From NCBI GenBank assembly GCA_964019335.1, contig OZ025723.1:62001-126000 (forward strand): a stretch of 64,000 bases of DNA, in the 5' to 3' direction. A program made the position numbers and the translations under genes. The stretch comes from Diplonema japonicum (Eukaryota; Protista; Euglenozoa: Diplonemea). Each line of letters opens with the position of its first letter. Within the stretch, counting starts at the first letter, position 1. The notes beneath the pieces are model-generated. The model made no database searches and had not been told where the DNA came from. It worked only from the letters and a program-made list of their open reading frames with translations. Shown here one piece after another: positions 44,401 to 54,200 of the stretch.

Positions 44401-45875
44401 ACGTCCACGATGTCGAGACTACTCTCGTGCAGTTTCTTTCCATTCTGAACACACATTATTCGCAACAGTCGATTCTGGAACTGCTTTCGGTGGCGGGGTC
44501 CTTGGACATTGTGGGAAACCCTTTGGGGTTGATAACAGACGTCCAACAAGGGATCACCGACATGCTCCACGAACCATTGTTAGGCTCGGCTGAAGAAGGG
44601 ATAACAGGTTTCGTCGAAGGCGTGGCGAGGGGCTTGGGCTCAGCAGGGAGGCACACCGTCGGCGGAGCCGCAAATACAGTCCGACGGTTTGCAAAAGGCG
44701 TTGGCTGCACGGCCGCAACGCTGACCATGGACGGAGCATACATAACACGAAGAAGGGAGCGTGGGCAAGAAAAGGTGACGGGCGTTGTTCAAGGTCTTGT
44801 CAAAGGAACCAAAGCCATCGGAAGCGGGATATCAGAAAGCACCCTGGGTGTTGTTACCACACCCTTAGAAGGACTCCGCCATGCCGGCCTTCCCGGCGTC
44901 GCTGCAGGCATTGTAAAAGGCATCATCAGCGCACCCGTCAAACTTGCAACTGGCGCCATCGATGGTGTGAGCAGTGCAGCTGAGGGAATCCATGTGACCA
45001 TGCTTCCATGTGAGCAGCCGAACGCCCACTTACGGCTTCCACACGTGATGGTGAACTCGCTCATCTCAGATTATTCAAACGATTCTTCTGCCGCGTACCA
45101 TCTAGCTCAAAACCTGTACCCGCACGACAGGCACAGTATGGTGCTTGTTCTGCGCACTCCGAACGTCTTCTTTACGAACACGCTGATCGCAGTGTGCGAT
45201 GCGTCATGGAAGGGGGTGGTGTCGTCCGTGCTTTATACATGTATCGTTGATGTTGTCCCGTCAGGCGAGTCAAGCTTGCTGTTGTACTTATACAAAGACG
45301 ATGAGGAACCACTACATATCGATGTACCTGAAGGACAGTGGCACAGGGTAATGGGCGTTCTAAGACGGTTTCTCACACGGGGTGTGATGGAGAAGGCAGT
45401 TGTCGATGGTTTCGTGGTAGAAACAAACGAAGACATGATGGACATGGCGGTGCCGCCGCAAGGAAGCGTTTGGCTTGGAGAATGGGAAGGCTGCCGTAGA
45501 AAATGCGGAGAACAACCGGAAACCGTGAACGTCGAGTGGGTTGAGGAGCCACCCGACACCAAAGCATTGTCGATGCAAGAAGTCAGGGAGCTGGAAATCT
45601 TTGAGAACCAGACCAGCTTCGGGTTCGGCTACTCCGCTTCCTTTTGGACGGATCGCTACGGGAAGACAGCTTCCAAGAACAAGGAGCTGCCCTATCCGTG
45701 GACATGGGCCACCGATTGGTACCTGGACAGCAACACAGCAGCGTCAAACGAAGGGTGGCTGTACTCCTACGCCGCGACCTCTTCACAATGGTACCGCCGC
45801 CCTTCAATGTTCACATACAACCGAAGGAGGAAATGGGCCCGCTACGGCCTTATGGCACAATCAGTTACACACTAA
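38418..45875 (+). CDS. VPS13: VPS13-family bridge-like lipid transfer protein with C-terminal DysF domain, 2485 aa
   Basis: Chorein-N (YIEDVD..GLKV....GKVTLKNVRLRKD...IPWKSL), VAB-like repeats (YVFVNES, LTVCNRS, WVRNET, VVVNRT), C-terminal GSLDIVGNPLGL..D...EP..G...GF..G..G; DysF-like IFENQ...WTD..G...W.W..DW..D...EGW.Y...RRRKW.R. Confidence 0.88.
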   Translation: MNRIAATALEQIAREYIEDVDLKGLKVKLAEGKVTLKNVRLRKDCLIGLDYPVDVEEGVAEEVYLNIPWKSLKKEAVAVHLCGVEFCVRIMDWRDACDVAKFQDIMKVFVRNTVEQIARRMQPSKGTPSLKDTILANVALTVTNITIHISTMTQTTLSLKAPSFTFQTCDSNWQPSFVISPVHRLARISGVTLHLNDAQCNPSPFTVTCHLEETKDYLLSSKISIHPENPVLLLSSSNLFELKGLMDTVLNFSDYSRWVKAKSYLGGNQRCFQTVVKTVILANRMQRRKRGTPAESFFEDYRTLLEKMEQKQKIFGGKRKMSVLRKMKSFYEMYLPLRWVVMAASFPAGSAAPDLNADHDRSCKLHDASIKLINPTLEITDLDATIQVATLDVTAKMGVTWVDAAFCGESIAVRHVKNNFRSKHINGSIVQDPINDTTPEFRISVHVGKTSGTWVGIPPLPPASFGPDNHFQGGSLPSMCVEAKISDVSIMGEKEDVDIAVPNGARIRYKNLNRGEEPIFEAVLGMFRGGLQSVLAVEGDGVVATLTSVSVKDISVALLDEGRRLATATAENTKLHFFKAIQADRLLIRTAGTVLCNVANKVVINFLDKTRWTAALGSASITYKQPLVDHIALHAARVYRDLSFPSTVPTVTPGITANLDEVIFTQPLHGVLRCTGITVKSQGGGIVNKILVEIVEAVGDGDDAMQSNKIAIKAIQGEVQYTTGYLGKIEGSVTCGEISAKVSVKQGTTTTTGQRPRLNSKRVSLVASVRRLSVKTAHNTELCCEAVYFNLHKTPCVMTTDLTCAKSYVTGPVTMSLMSLNPSRTRPHSEPLFSPLPEPPIAVSGPAKLDLIASMPLALQNPPHVTLTFKGNVYITAPGVGWTCGKMKLASCGLVWCSKDDPTVGHVVPQRLIFKQGFRYQKLPLRMARAELESNGSKTLFAFECTAECKKLIAAVDSEREGWLKTKAGSVLTVQSWVLSRFYKFWMRRTIISKRASRCRECFDVVSRSTVYRTLLVYWCEWRQNTRLGPLLSTTTVASKRTCVKVRGWIKITDVNTVAVREAKAAFESTTHTELSLSKHAKTPPNLDLRSKRVTVAKDHVIEGYETVHVYPTTVFLIQKNAVLTLRPVKLVLNNVRSLERCALGGGKISVHQETVVERNTTPSSLFGVFNALNITVTSAVRVDVATSFLKLTMGVEVRQAKDVLEVEWRNLNGSVRDDIRFSLEHGHARLEPGSKTGCLKSIVLLYNDFYELRTVKNGATLDGNHLEIPFCVRYRTGLLGTEWSSVLETQTWHGTLSRKGVRFNCNNIAANVTPHLANTFVTQPIVTICNLTGMLMRVANHPDPICSKPMDVVLKKPVVVFDFQTWKYPVFLRPHSSLSVVEVVKVAGHVIYIEVLREEGCFRIRLTSRYVFVNESDESISVKAWFGDTEPFRVEVPGKAVRCVPLRVIPTDTLSPGISVEISPESLKNKTSSVFLTPGSFGTLPSSPSTYLFCRCVQKLYQEISFSPVLTVCNRSPVVLSVYLGNGRDPVGLPVKKPVSVETVNASRGFEAVFEYNGVKSNVFKMEHQKTEAKQEVVFGTLPAKLFVEAVSGSKGVYMTIRAAAWVRNETEYRVKVGNGVEIEQSGLVLWNNDRIVIDETLPVWVRHSNNVTTIRPEWVVVNRTSEALWVRDDRECLLTPGDVFHPKAVQTSVSLTRSNWLPIDFTVGDHWVFLPTPVLTKVHTDRGSITIDLTTAHLDVENDTFHTISLNGVEIPQFSSGHCYPVNGVVSLQVMPCGEVFPVNISGRKSGYISQCEVEWKTVWASGRTRVIVSHVANGGKWRENTMEVTLTGNGSVALFLNREIGHAVFEGCETALQYNNGFFSAQIVAEAVSVTSNSVVVARGEGFRGKLTDFCVETPAKFYASSLQSHCDSLWIYATDFALQGFHQFFAEFAKFSSVAQSRPAPPSPSIKLDRILLSEIPVTLSYEPSGTSFTQSLKSVDKAHLSLRPLHVHDVETTLVQFLSILNTHYSQQSILELLSVAGSLDIVGNPLGLITDVQQGITDMLHEPLLGSAEEGITGFVEGVARGLGSAGRHTVGGAANTVRRFAKGVGCTAATLTMDGAYITRRRERGQEKVTGVVQGLVKGTKAIGSGISESTLGVVTTPLEGLRHAGLPGVAAGIVKGIISAPVKLATGAIDGVSSAAEGIHVTMLPCEQPNAHLRLPHVMVNSLISDYSNDSSAAYHLAQNLYPHDRHSMVLVLRTPNVFFTNTLIAVCDASWKGVVSSVLYTCIVDVVPSGESSLLLYLYKDDEEPLHIDVPEGQWHRVMGVLRRFLTRGVMEKAVVDGFVVETNEDMMDMAVPPQGSVWLGEWEGCRRKCGEQPETVNVEWVEEPPDTKALSMQEVRELEIFENQTSFGFGYSASFWTDRYGKTASKNKELPYPWTWATDWYLDSNTAASNEGWLYSYAATSSQWYRRPSMFTYNRRRKWARYGLMAQSVTH

Positions 45876-45977
45876 GTCAACCTTTTCTTTTTTCTTTTTT
45901 TTTTTCTTCTTTTTTAGAATAAACTTTAATAAAATAATATAACCCAACAAATTAGGTATGAAGAGAGGGGGGTTAAT

Positions 45978-46946
45978 ATGAATTTTAAATGGATGCTGGT
46001 GGTGATGTGGTTCGTAGGCATGGCGTGGTTGGTGTGGTCAGACAGTTTAGGTCTTGGAGCTGACGAGGACAGAACATCCCCTAAAGCAGCGCGTAAAAAA
46101 AAAGATACAGTTGTAGTAGGGGTCTTCCCATCCACCGTAGACAGAGACAGACACACACAACGGATAGACACTATCCAACGAACGTGGGGAAGCGGCATGA
46201 AGCTTGGTTTCTTAGGACAAACCGACTTCACGCCACCAGCGAACATGACAAACCTGCACACCGGCGCTTCAGAAGTCATCAAATTCATGATCGAAGCAAG
46301 CTTAGAGAAATACCCGGATCTACAGTGGTGGGTGAAGGCTGACGATTTAACGTTCATCATCCCAAGCAACTTGGAGTTGTTCTTGGAAGGCCGTGACCCG
46401 AATGATGTCCAATTGCTGGGAAGGCGGCTGAGAATGCCGGGAGGTGAAATTTTCTGTTCAGGGGGAGCAGGTTATGTGCTGAGCAGGGGGGCACTGAAGC
46501 ACATCCTGACGAATTGGGAGAAATGCAAGGGTTCGGGTTGGTTCGCAAAGGAAGGCGGCGATATAGCATTTGCACAATGTCTTCCTAAAGAAGCTATTAT
46601 CGACACGAGAGACGAGAGCGGAGCTGAAAGGTTCAGCGCGTACAACCCACAACGAACCATGTCCGGCGCTGTGGACAACTGGTACCGGGAGTACACCCCA
46701 TGGTACTCCATCCCAAAAGGGCTTGCCTGTTGCTCCCCAAATATTATCACCTTTCATTATGTGGAATATGGGGAGGCCCACGCGCTGCACACCATCTTCA
46801 TCCACAAAAAGGAATACCTGGAGAAATCAGACACTTTAAGACTTGCTATATGGCCTAAGAACCCACCTCAAAGGTCTGGGTACTCGACCATGCCAACGAG
46901 CAACGACCCCATGTGGGATTTGCTGCTGAAGCATATTAAGACATGA
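45978..46946 (+). CDS. GT31 beta-1,3-glycosyltransferase (C1GALT1/Fringe-like), type II membrane, 322 aa
   Basis: N-terminal TM; TWG; WWVKADDLTF...NL; CSGGAGYVLSRGAL; CCS...ITFHYV. Confidence 0.9.
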   Translation: MNFKWMLVVMWFVGMAWLVWSDSLGLGADEDRTSPKAARKKKDTVVVGVFPSTVDRDRHTQRIDTIQRTWGSGMKLGFLGQTDFTPPANMTNLHTGASEVIKFMIEASLEKYPDLQWWVKADDLTFIIPSNLELFLEGRDPNDVQLLGRRLRMPGGEIFCSGGAGYVLSRGALKHILTNWEKCKGSGWFAKEGGDIAFAQCLPKEAIIDTRDESGAERFSAYNPQRTMSGAVDNWYREYTPWYSIPKGLACCSPNIITFHYVEYGEAHALHTIFIHKKEYLEKSDTLRLAIWPKNPPQRSGYSTMPTSNDPMWDLLLKHIKT

Positions 46947-47794
46947 GGAAAAAGAACAAAAAAAAAAAAAAAAAAAAAAAAAATAGGGGAAGGGGGGAGA
47001 CCATGCTTCTTCATCTAGGCAGGCGAGAACTTTGTTGTTGTTCCCTTGCCCATGTGGGGGTTTGGTTTTAGAGGAAAAGAAGAAGGGGAGAAAAAAAAAA
47101 AAAAAAAAGGGGAACCAAAAAAAAAAAAGAAGATAACGAAAAAAAAGGGGAGGGGGGAGAGGCAACCATGATCTGGAAACTGAAAGCAAAAGAAGCGGAA
47201 ACAAAAAAAAAAGAAAAAAAAACCCCCCCCCTGCTCGGTGACGAAATGGGTTGCTTAGATTCAAGGATCTCCTTTTGTGAGCAGATTTTGACGTTAATCG
47301 GATTCTCCAGATTCTGGCCTTTTTTCGGACTGATCAAAAGCATTTACATCGGAATGAATATTATGCCAAATCCCCCCCACCACCCCACCCTCTCTTTTTT
47401 TTTTCCGAGCGAGCAAGCTCAGTTTAGTTTTTAGATTTAGTTTTTTCGATTTCTTTACTCATTATGCACAATTAACAAAAACCGTTCTTGTCTAGAGGGG
47501 GTGGGGGGGAGAGGGACATCTCCTTAAGCACAGTTTAAATTTTATTCATCTTACGGACACCATTATTATTATTTTTTTAAAAAAAAAAATAGAAGAAAAC
47601 AATGAAGGTATCCCCCCCCCCCCCCCCACCTTTATCTCGCTCTCAAAAAAAAAAAAGAAAAATAATGTGATCACCTAAGTTGCTTGCTTTTATCATATTC
47701 ACAAAAAAAGAGAAGAAGAAAAAAACACCATCGCAGCGACCCCAGGGGTTGGGGTACAACAGGGGTAGTAACACACACGAAAAATCCCCGAAAC

Positions 47795-47825
<31 letters not shown>

Positions 47826-47830
47826 AAGAA

Positions 47831-50565
47831 ATGCCGCCACAACAGAGGCCTCAACAAAGGAGGCACAGCAAAGGGGAAAGGAGAAACAATGTGGGGAAGG
47901 CTGGGTGGAAACCGGACAGCTCCACAAGATCCTGTTTGGGCTGCAAGGCAAGGTTTTCACTGACGCTAAGAAAACACCACTGCAGACGGTGCGGAAACAT
48001 CTTCTGCAAAAACTGCGCCGCGGAGAGAAGGGTCCTCCACCAAAAGTACGGATACGGAAGCACCCCTCAAAGACAATGCAAATTATGCACCTCCTTCGAC
48101 GAACAACTACTGGAAATACAGCTAGACGAAGCAGAAGGAAGAACTGCACTGCAAGAAAAGAATTTCGTGACGTGGCAGACACCGGTTTTACAAATTATAT
48201 CCGGGTTGATACTGGCGGCGACGCCCAATATAAGCACGGAGGTGAATTCTCCCCATCACACCCCGTCTCCTGTACTCGACGAACCAGGCTTAAATAAGGC
48301 TCCCACGACACCCCGTGAATCGAGCCCGGAACCGGTATCAAGTGAATTATTATCGCAACAACGAACCAAGGATTTATTTATCGACCCAGCATTGATTAAA
48401 GCCGCGTTGGGGTTCGTAACAACACTGTCATCGGCGGGAACGAACCTGCAACGAGATCGACGGTTGAACTTGAAATACCAAAAAGCGATTTTTTCGCAAC
48501 CGGAGGTCACGGCTTACTTCGCAACGAGCTTTCCATCTGTTGACATCGATGTTTTCTGGGAAATCTTGAAACGTGCGTCAGTTTTCGACCACGTTACGGA
48601 GAAGTGCTATCGGTTCAACGAGGCCATCGTTTCAAAATGCAAGGATTTATATGTTGACGATGACACCCCTATCATAGTCGGTTCCGTCGTTGTTGAAAAA
48701 TCCGAGCAGAGCTGCGAGTATTGTGTCATCGAGATGAACGCCATCGAAGGCACCGCGATTTTGTTGAAACTCGATTCAACAACGTTCACGAAAAACATCC
48801 TCGACCTTGAAATCTCACCCTTCAGCGGTGTCACCGCTGCATTGCCCAAATTACTTTGCGGGACCGTGTTGGATTTAGATGGGGAACCCGTCGAACTCGG
48901 TGATCTTCGACCTGAATTTATCAGAACGGTTCTGCTGTTCATGAAGCATGTCACACACAATTTGTTAGGCGAGAATACAATTAGCATGAAAATGTTTCCC
49001 GACAGTTTCATCGGCGAGGCCACTGTGGAGTGGCTAACCACTTCATGGGATCTAAGCGAAAACGACGCCGTCGATTTTTGCGAGGTTCTCCACCGTATGG
49101 GTTTTTTCGAATCCGTCGCGGAACGGTCTGTTTTTGACGGAACGTACCAGCTTTTCAAGCCAACCCCGTCCATCTTGAAATCTTTGGAAGACACCATCGA
49201 ACACGTCAAACCGTTAACAAACAAACAAACATCGCTGTCATCAAACGTTTCCGGAAACACCGTTCTGGTAATACAACCAGGGAGAAACCGTCACAGGGAA
49301 GGCCATGTCGTTGACGGCCTCAAAAACGGGATGATTAAAGTACAGTTTTCCAACGGTGATTCATGGGTATTCAGTGACAACGAACTAATCCCATCACCCG
49401 CTGTGGAATGTTTGGAAGTGACAAAAGATGAAGGCGCTGGGTTGACGAACCCCGCGGTGGGCGCATTGGCGAGAATGTTCGCCTCCGGAATGCAACGCCA
49501 CATCAAAAAAATACAATGGCAAGGAACCACCAGGTACACAAACGCATTCAACAGCGACGATGCAATTACATGGTTGTCAAAGGCATTCCCGTCGCTTTCT
49601 ACACCGAACGCAGTGGATGTACTTGAACTTTTACGGTCAGCTGGTTTGTTTTCACACGGAAGCCCTTCAGAAGCAGATTCTCCGATTAAAAAGAACAATT
49701 ATTACAAGTTTCAAATCGGTGCGATGAAGCTTCTCGACCAATATGTAGTTGAAGCAAAAGGGCAGGACACCGACGTTTCAAGGATCCTCCACGAGATTCT
49801 CGTCAAGGGCACCGCTCGGAAAAAACCGCTTTCATCCTCCATAAAGCTTCGAAGGCAGTCGCAGCCCCCTCCACAGTCATCTGTTCTTGATATCGGAATG
49901 GGCGGCTCTTCCATGTTCTCCTCGCCCGCCGGGCGTCGTCGGCCTGGATCGCTTCCCATAAATAGGTACGACGGGTTCACTGACATCCTTAAAGAAGGTT
50001 TTCTGATGAAAAAATCAGACCGTGATGGGACGTGGAGCTTGCAACGATATGTTTTAACATCGGATGGTTCATTAGAACGCCACGCACCGAGGATCAAAGT
50101 CATCAGCGGGACACGGCTGCGAAGGGTTCCTGAAGACGATGGGGATGATATTTGGGTATTTTTTTGGGGAAAAAAAAAAAAAAAAAAAAAATTCTCAGAT
50201 TGAACCGGCGTCGTTTGCTGAAGTCGATGAGCTACTTACTCTTATCGCGCCGGCGACATCGAACGGGTTTCAGCGTGTAAAGAGGGAAGGTGTTGAGGGC
50301 TATATCAGGTGTTATAACTTCACGTCGATCCCGGCTTTGCATTCTTGCATGAGGACCAGCGAAGTGGCTGCTGCGACCTCGTTGGTGCTGCCAAAGGAGG
50401 AGGGTGATAACGAGTCCACGTGGGGCTTTGGTTTGGTATGAATGACGAGAGAGAAAAAAAAAAAGAAAAAAAAAACAGGTGGTCAAAGAGGGTAAACACA
50501 CGCATTACCTCTGTGCCCAAACCAAGGGTGACAGAGACAGGTGGATCAATATGATTCAACAGTGA
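47831..50565 (+). CDS. FYVE-DEP-DEP-PH protein (PH split by SH3-like insert), 882 aa; join(47831..50155,50199..50435,50479..50565)
   Basis: FYVE WKPD..C..C..RKHHCRRCG.IFC..C; DEP-like SFIGEATVEWL..DAVDFCEVL and AFNSDDAITWL..AVDVLELL; PH start KEGFLMKK..W..RYVL; the last exon supplies the PH helix YLCAQTKGDRDRWINMIQ. Confidence 0.85.
50156..50198 (+). other. Spliceosomal intron, 43 nt (GTA-Tn-GGGG-An-TTCTCAG)
   Basis: Frame-restoring. Confidence 0.9.
50436..50478 (+). other. Spliceosomal intron, 43 nt (GTATGA...An-CAG)
   Basis: Removes TGA and completes the PH domain. Confidence 0.92.
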
Positions 50566-51249
50566 TTTTTTTTTTTTTTCTCTTTTTTTCAATCCGGAAT
50601 AAAAATATCTTTTTTTTTTTATTTATTTTTTTTTTTTTTTTGCGTTAATGACGATTTAATTGTTAGTACAATTGTTTTTTTTTTTCTCTTTTTTTTTTGA
50701 TCCGTGTTATCTTTTGTATTTGGCTGGCAATGGAAAGAACGGGGGGGAAAAGAAAAAAAAGGAAAATGAAGAAGAAAAAACCATATATTTATCGTCTTTC
50801 CCTCAGTTTTTGTTCCCCCTCCCCCCTTTCTTTCCCCTTTCCTCTGTGCTGTGTCCAGTTTCTTCCATATGCATCTTTAGTATCCTCACTATGTAAAAGG
50901 CCAAAAAAAAAAGAGGGGGGGTAAAAAAAATCTAGTAAAAAGCACTAAAGTAGTGCAAAAGGGATTTTTTTTTTTTTTTCCCTTCCCCTCCCTCAGTTCT
51001 CTCCAAATTATTTTTCCTTTTTTTTTTGGTTTGCTTCGCCCTTCAATTTTTTTTTGTTATTCTTTTTTTTCTTCTCTTCTCTGCGTCATTCTCCCCCCCC
51101 CCCCTTTTTTTTAACCATGACTTGAAACCATTGTTCTTTTTCTTTTTCCGAAAAAGAAACTACGAATTTTTTTGCAAAACCAAAAAAAAAAAAAAAAAAA
51201 ACATGAGAAAAAAAAAAAAAAGGAGGTGGAGAGAAACGAAAAAAAAAAA

Positions 51250-54200
51250 ATGCCACCGAGAAAGCGACCGCAACTGAACAATGCTGAACGAGACAAAAAG
51301 GAGCTCCGGGCGTTTCTGGAGACATTGAAGAATAAAGCCGACCACCGCATGGAGGCAGGACAACACGAAGAGGCCATAAGAGTGTGGAAGCAGTTTGTCT
51401 CCAAAACTGGAATGGAACACGGAGAAACCTTGCAATATGCAAGCGCCTGCGGCCTTGCAGGCGACAGCTGTGTCATGGGGGCTCAACTCACCGACGCCCT
51501 CCAATTCTACGAACGCAGTTTGAAAACAACACAAAAGCTCGCATCACACGATACGTCAGCTACCACATCAGAACGAGAATCCCTCGTCTCCGTCCATTCC
51601 CTGTCACTAGGCAACTTAGCCTTCTACCACTACACCAAGGGAACAGCATCGCAACAGTCAAATCTAAAAATCCATCATTACACGCTTTCGAGCAGGTTTT
51701 TCACCAGACAAATATCATGGTTGGAAAGCAACCACTCACCTTCGCACAAGGTGCTCATCGACCCGCTCACCAACCACGCCTCCCTACTAACCCGCCACGG
51801 TGCGGTTCTTCAGAAGAGGGACCCATGGATCCACGCGCTTGAGCAGTTCAACCGGGCGCTCAGCATCGTTGAGGCGACAGAAGGGAAGAACGGCAGCTAC
51901 CGTGCTGTCGCCAAGAAGATCGTGGAATGCGAGGCAAAGATGAAAACTTTCAGTTCCGTGCACGCTGCCATCATTATCCAGCGGTTCGCACGCAGGTCGC
52001 TCACGAGGAAGAGGTTCGTAAAGGCCAGCTCATATGTCAGCATTCCTCAGTTGTCTTGCGTTGCAGCCCTCGCTGCCCTATCGGCCATCAATGAAATCTT
52101 CGTTATGGGCTGGTCGTGGGCTCCTCACGACGGGCTCACCATGGGACACTACCTCACCTCTAGCTCCCCGCCGACGCTGTTTCTCTCCTTGCACCTCCCG
52201 AATATAAGCACCCTTGCCGACTGCAGCATCCACCTTGCTGACGATGGTATATCAGCAGCGACGCTTGACAATAAGCCTATTTTCGGACTGTTCACCTTTC
52301 CTGCCAGGATCCTGCCGCACTTGGCCGTTGCGAAGTTCATGACGGCGCCACGTGTTCTCTTCGTGGAGGCGCCCTGTAGCTCCATGGAATGCAGACGACC
52401 CGCAGCCATGCGCAGGGGTTCAGAACTGCCTCCTGACTCCGTGGCCAGGTACTCCGTCCTCATGCTGCAGTATGAAGCAACTGACGAACGGTTCTCCCAG
52501 TTGATCCCCGAGGGCAACTACAGGTGGGACAAGCACGCGAACCCCGAAGCGAACAGTCTGTTCGGTCAGGAAGTGCCTGCGAAGTACACGCTGCAGGTGT
52601 TCGTGCCTGAGATCCGTTTCTCTGACGGGTTTCATGTGGAGTGCGAACGGACAATGATAACCATCATCAAGGTCGACGACACGGGCACCCGGTCGGTGAT
52701 CCACGTGGAGCGCATGCCGTACAGCATAAACCCCATGTCGGCCACGGGAAGCTTAACAATCGACGGCTGTTTGCTGATGATGAAGGTGTACGTCAGCCTC
52801 CCTGAGCACGTCGTAGAGGCCAGTGTTGAAACCACCACCTTCTGCCGACGGGGGAAGGAGGGACTGGTGCAGGCTCAAGCGACGGGCCCGCTCTATTGCA
52901 TCGAATTCGACAAGAATGAGATACAAAAGCTCTTCGAGGAAAAAGCAGTGAGAGCAGCCGCCGAAGCATCGGAACTTGAGAGCATGGCGGCACAGATCGA
53001 GCAAGAAGCGAAAGACAGGGTCGTCGAGGCTGCTAAGCAAGCCGAGCAACGACAGCAAGAAGAAGCACGGAAACAGCTTGAAAAAAAGCAATCTGAACAG
53101 TCTCCAGAGGCCATTCTGCACACGAGGAACGAAAAGGCTGCCCTTGTGCAGTCGTTCTGCAGAGGCATCATGTCACGCATGATGGTCCGTGCCCTTGTCA
53201 TCACTCACACGTGTTTCGCAGCTGCAGCTGCCCTTGCAGCGTGCCCCGCAGTGTTTCTTGACTTCGCAGGAGCAAGGCTTAGCCGTGTTGGGNNNNNNNN
53301 NNNNNNNNNNNNNNNNNNNNNNNNNNNNNNNNNNNNNNNNNNNNNNNNNNNNNNNNNNNNNNNNNNNNNNNNNNNNNNNNNNNNNNNNNNNNNNNNNNNN
53401 NNNNNNNNNNNNNNNNNNNNNNNNNNNNNNNNNNNNNNNNNNNNNNNNNNNNNNNNNNNNNNNNNNNNNNNNNNNNNNNNNNNNNNNNNNNNGAGGAGGA
53501 GGAAAATGCACAGAAACAGATGATGGAAAAGGTCGTTGAAAACCGCAACATAGCCGAGCAGAAGACACAGCAGTTGGTGCGCGTCGGGAGCGCAGCGCTG
53601 GCAAGCCGTGCTGTCAAGGAAACCGCAATGCTGGAAGAGGCGAACATGCTTGCGACGCGTCTTCACAGCGTGACAACGCTGCAGAGCGCAGGACGGCGGT
53701 ACGCAGCAGCAACAAGAATCAACCGCTTAAAGGCTTCGCACGTCATTCACGAGCACCGTCTCCTGGTCGCCGCGACAAGTGGTCTGGTTGCCATTGTGAG
53801 GTGTTCGTTGGAGCTCGACACAGTTCACCTTTTCACACGCCTCTCTAGAGGAACGCATGCCAGACAGATTGTCTCACAGCTAAAACAAGAAGAGATCACT
53901 AGGCAATGCCGGCAAAAGGAATACGAAAAAAGACATGAAGAGCAGCAAAGAGAACTACTGGAACACGCCGCCGCGTACGAGGCACGCGGGGAGGCGAACC
54001 AACGGAAAGTGAAAGCCGCGGTGAAGATCCAGACGCTCTTCCGATGCGTGAAGGCACGGCAGGAAAAGAAACGGCGGGAAGGTTTACGACGCAAGCAGGG
54101 CGACGTGGCGAGGATCGTTCAAATCTTCTGCCGGTCTCGCTTGGCAATGATTGTGGTGTCCCGTGTCGTGATCGACTTCGATAAGTACGCGGAGAGGATA

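Noticed and set aside
5738-50565. Apparent functional cluster of phosphoinositide/membrane genes (PIKfyve, AIDA, VPS13, FYVE-DEP-PH)
   Set aside because: Interspersed with unrelated genes; such directional clusters are generally not functionally organised.
53280-53523. Apparent frameshift and stop between ORFs 51172 and 53520
   Set aside because: Caused by the arbitrary 200-N gap length.
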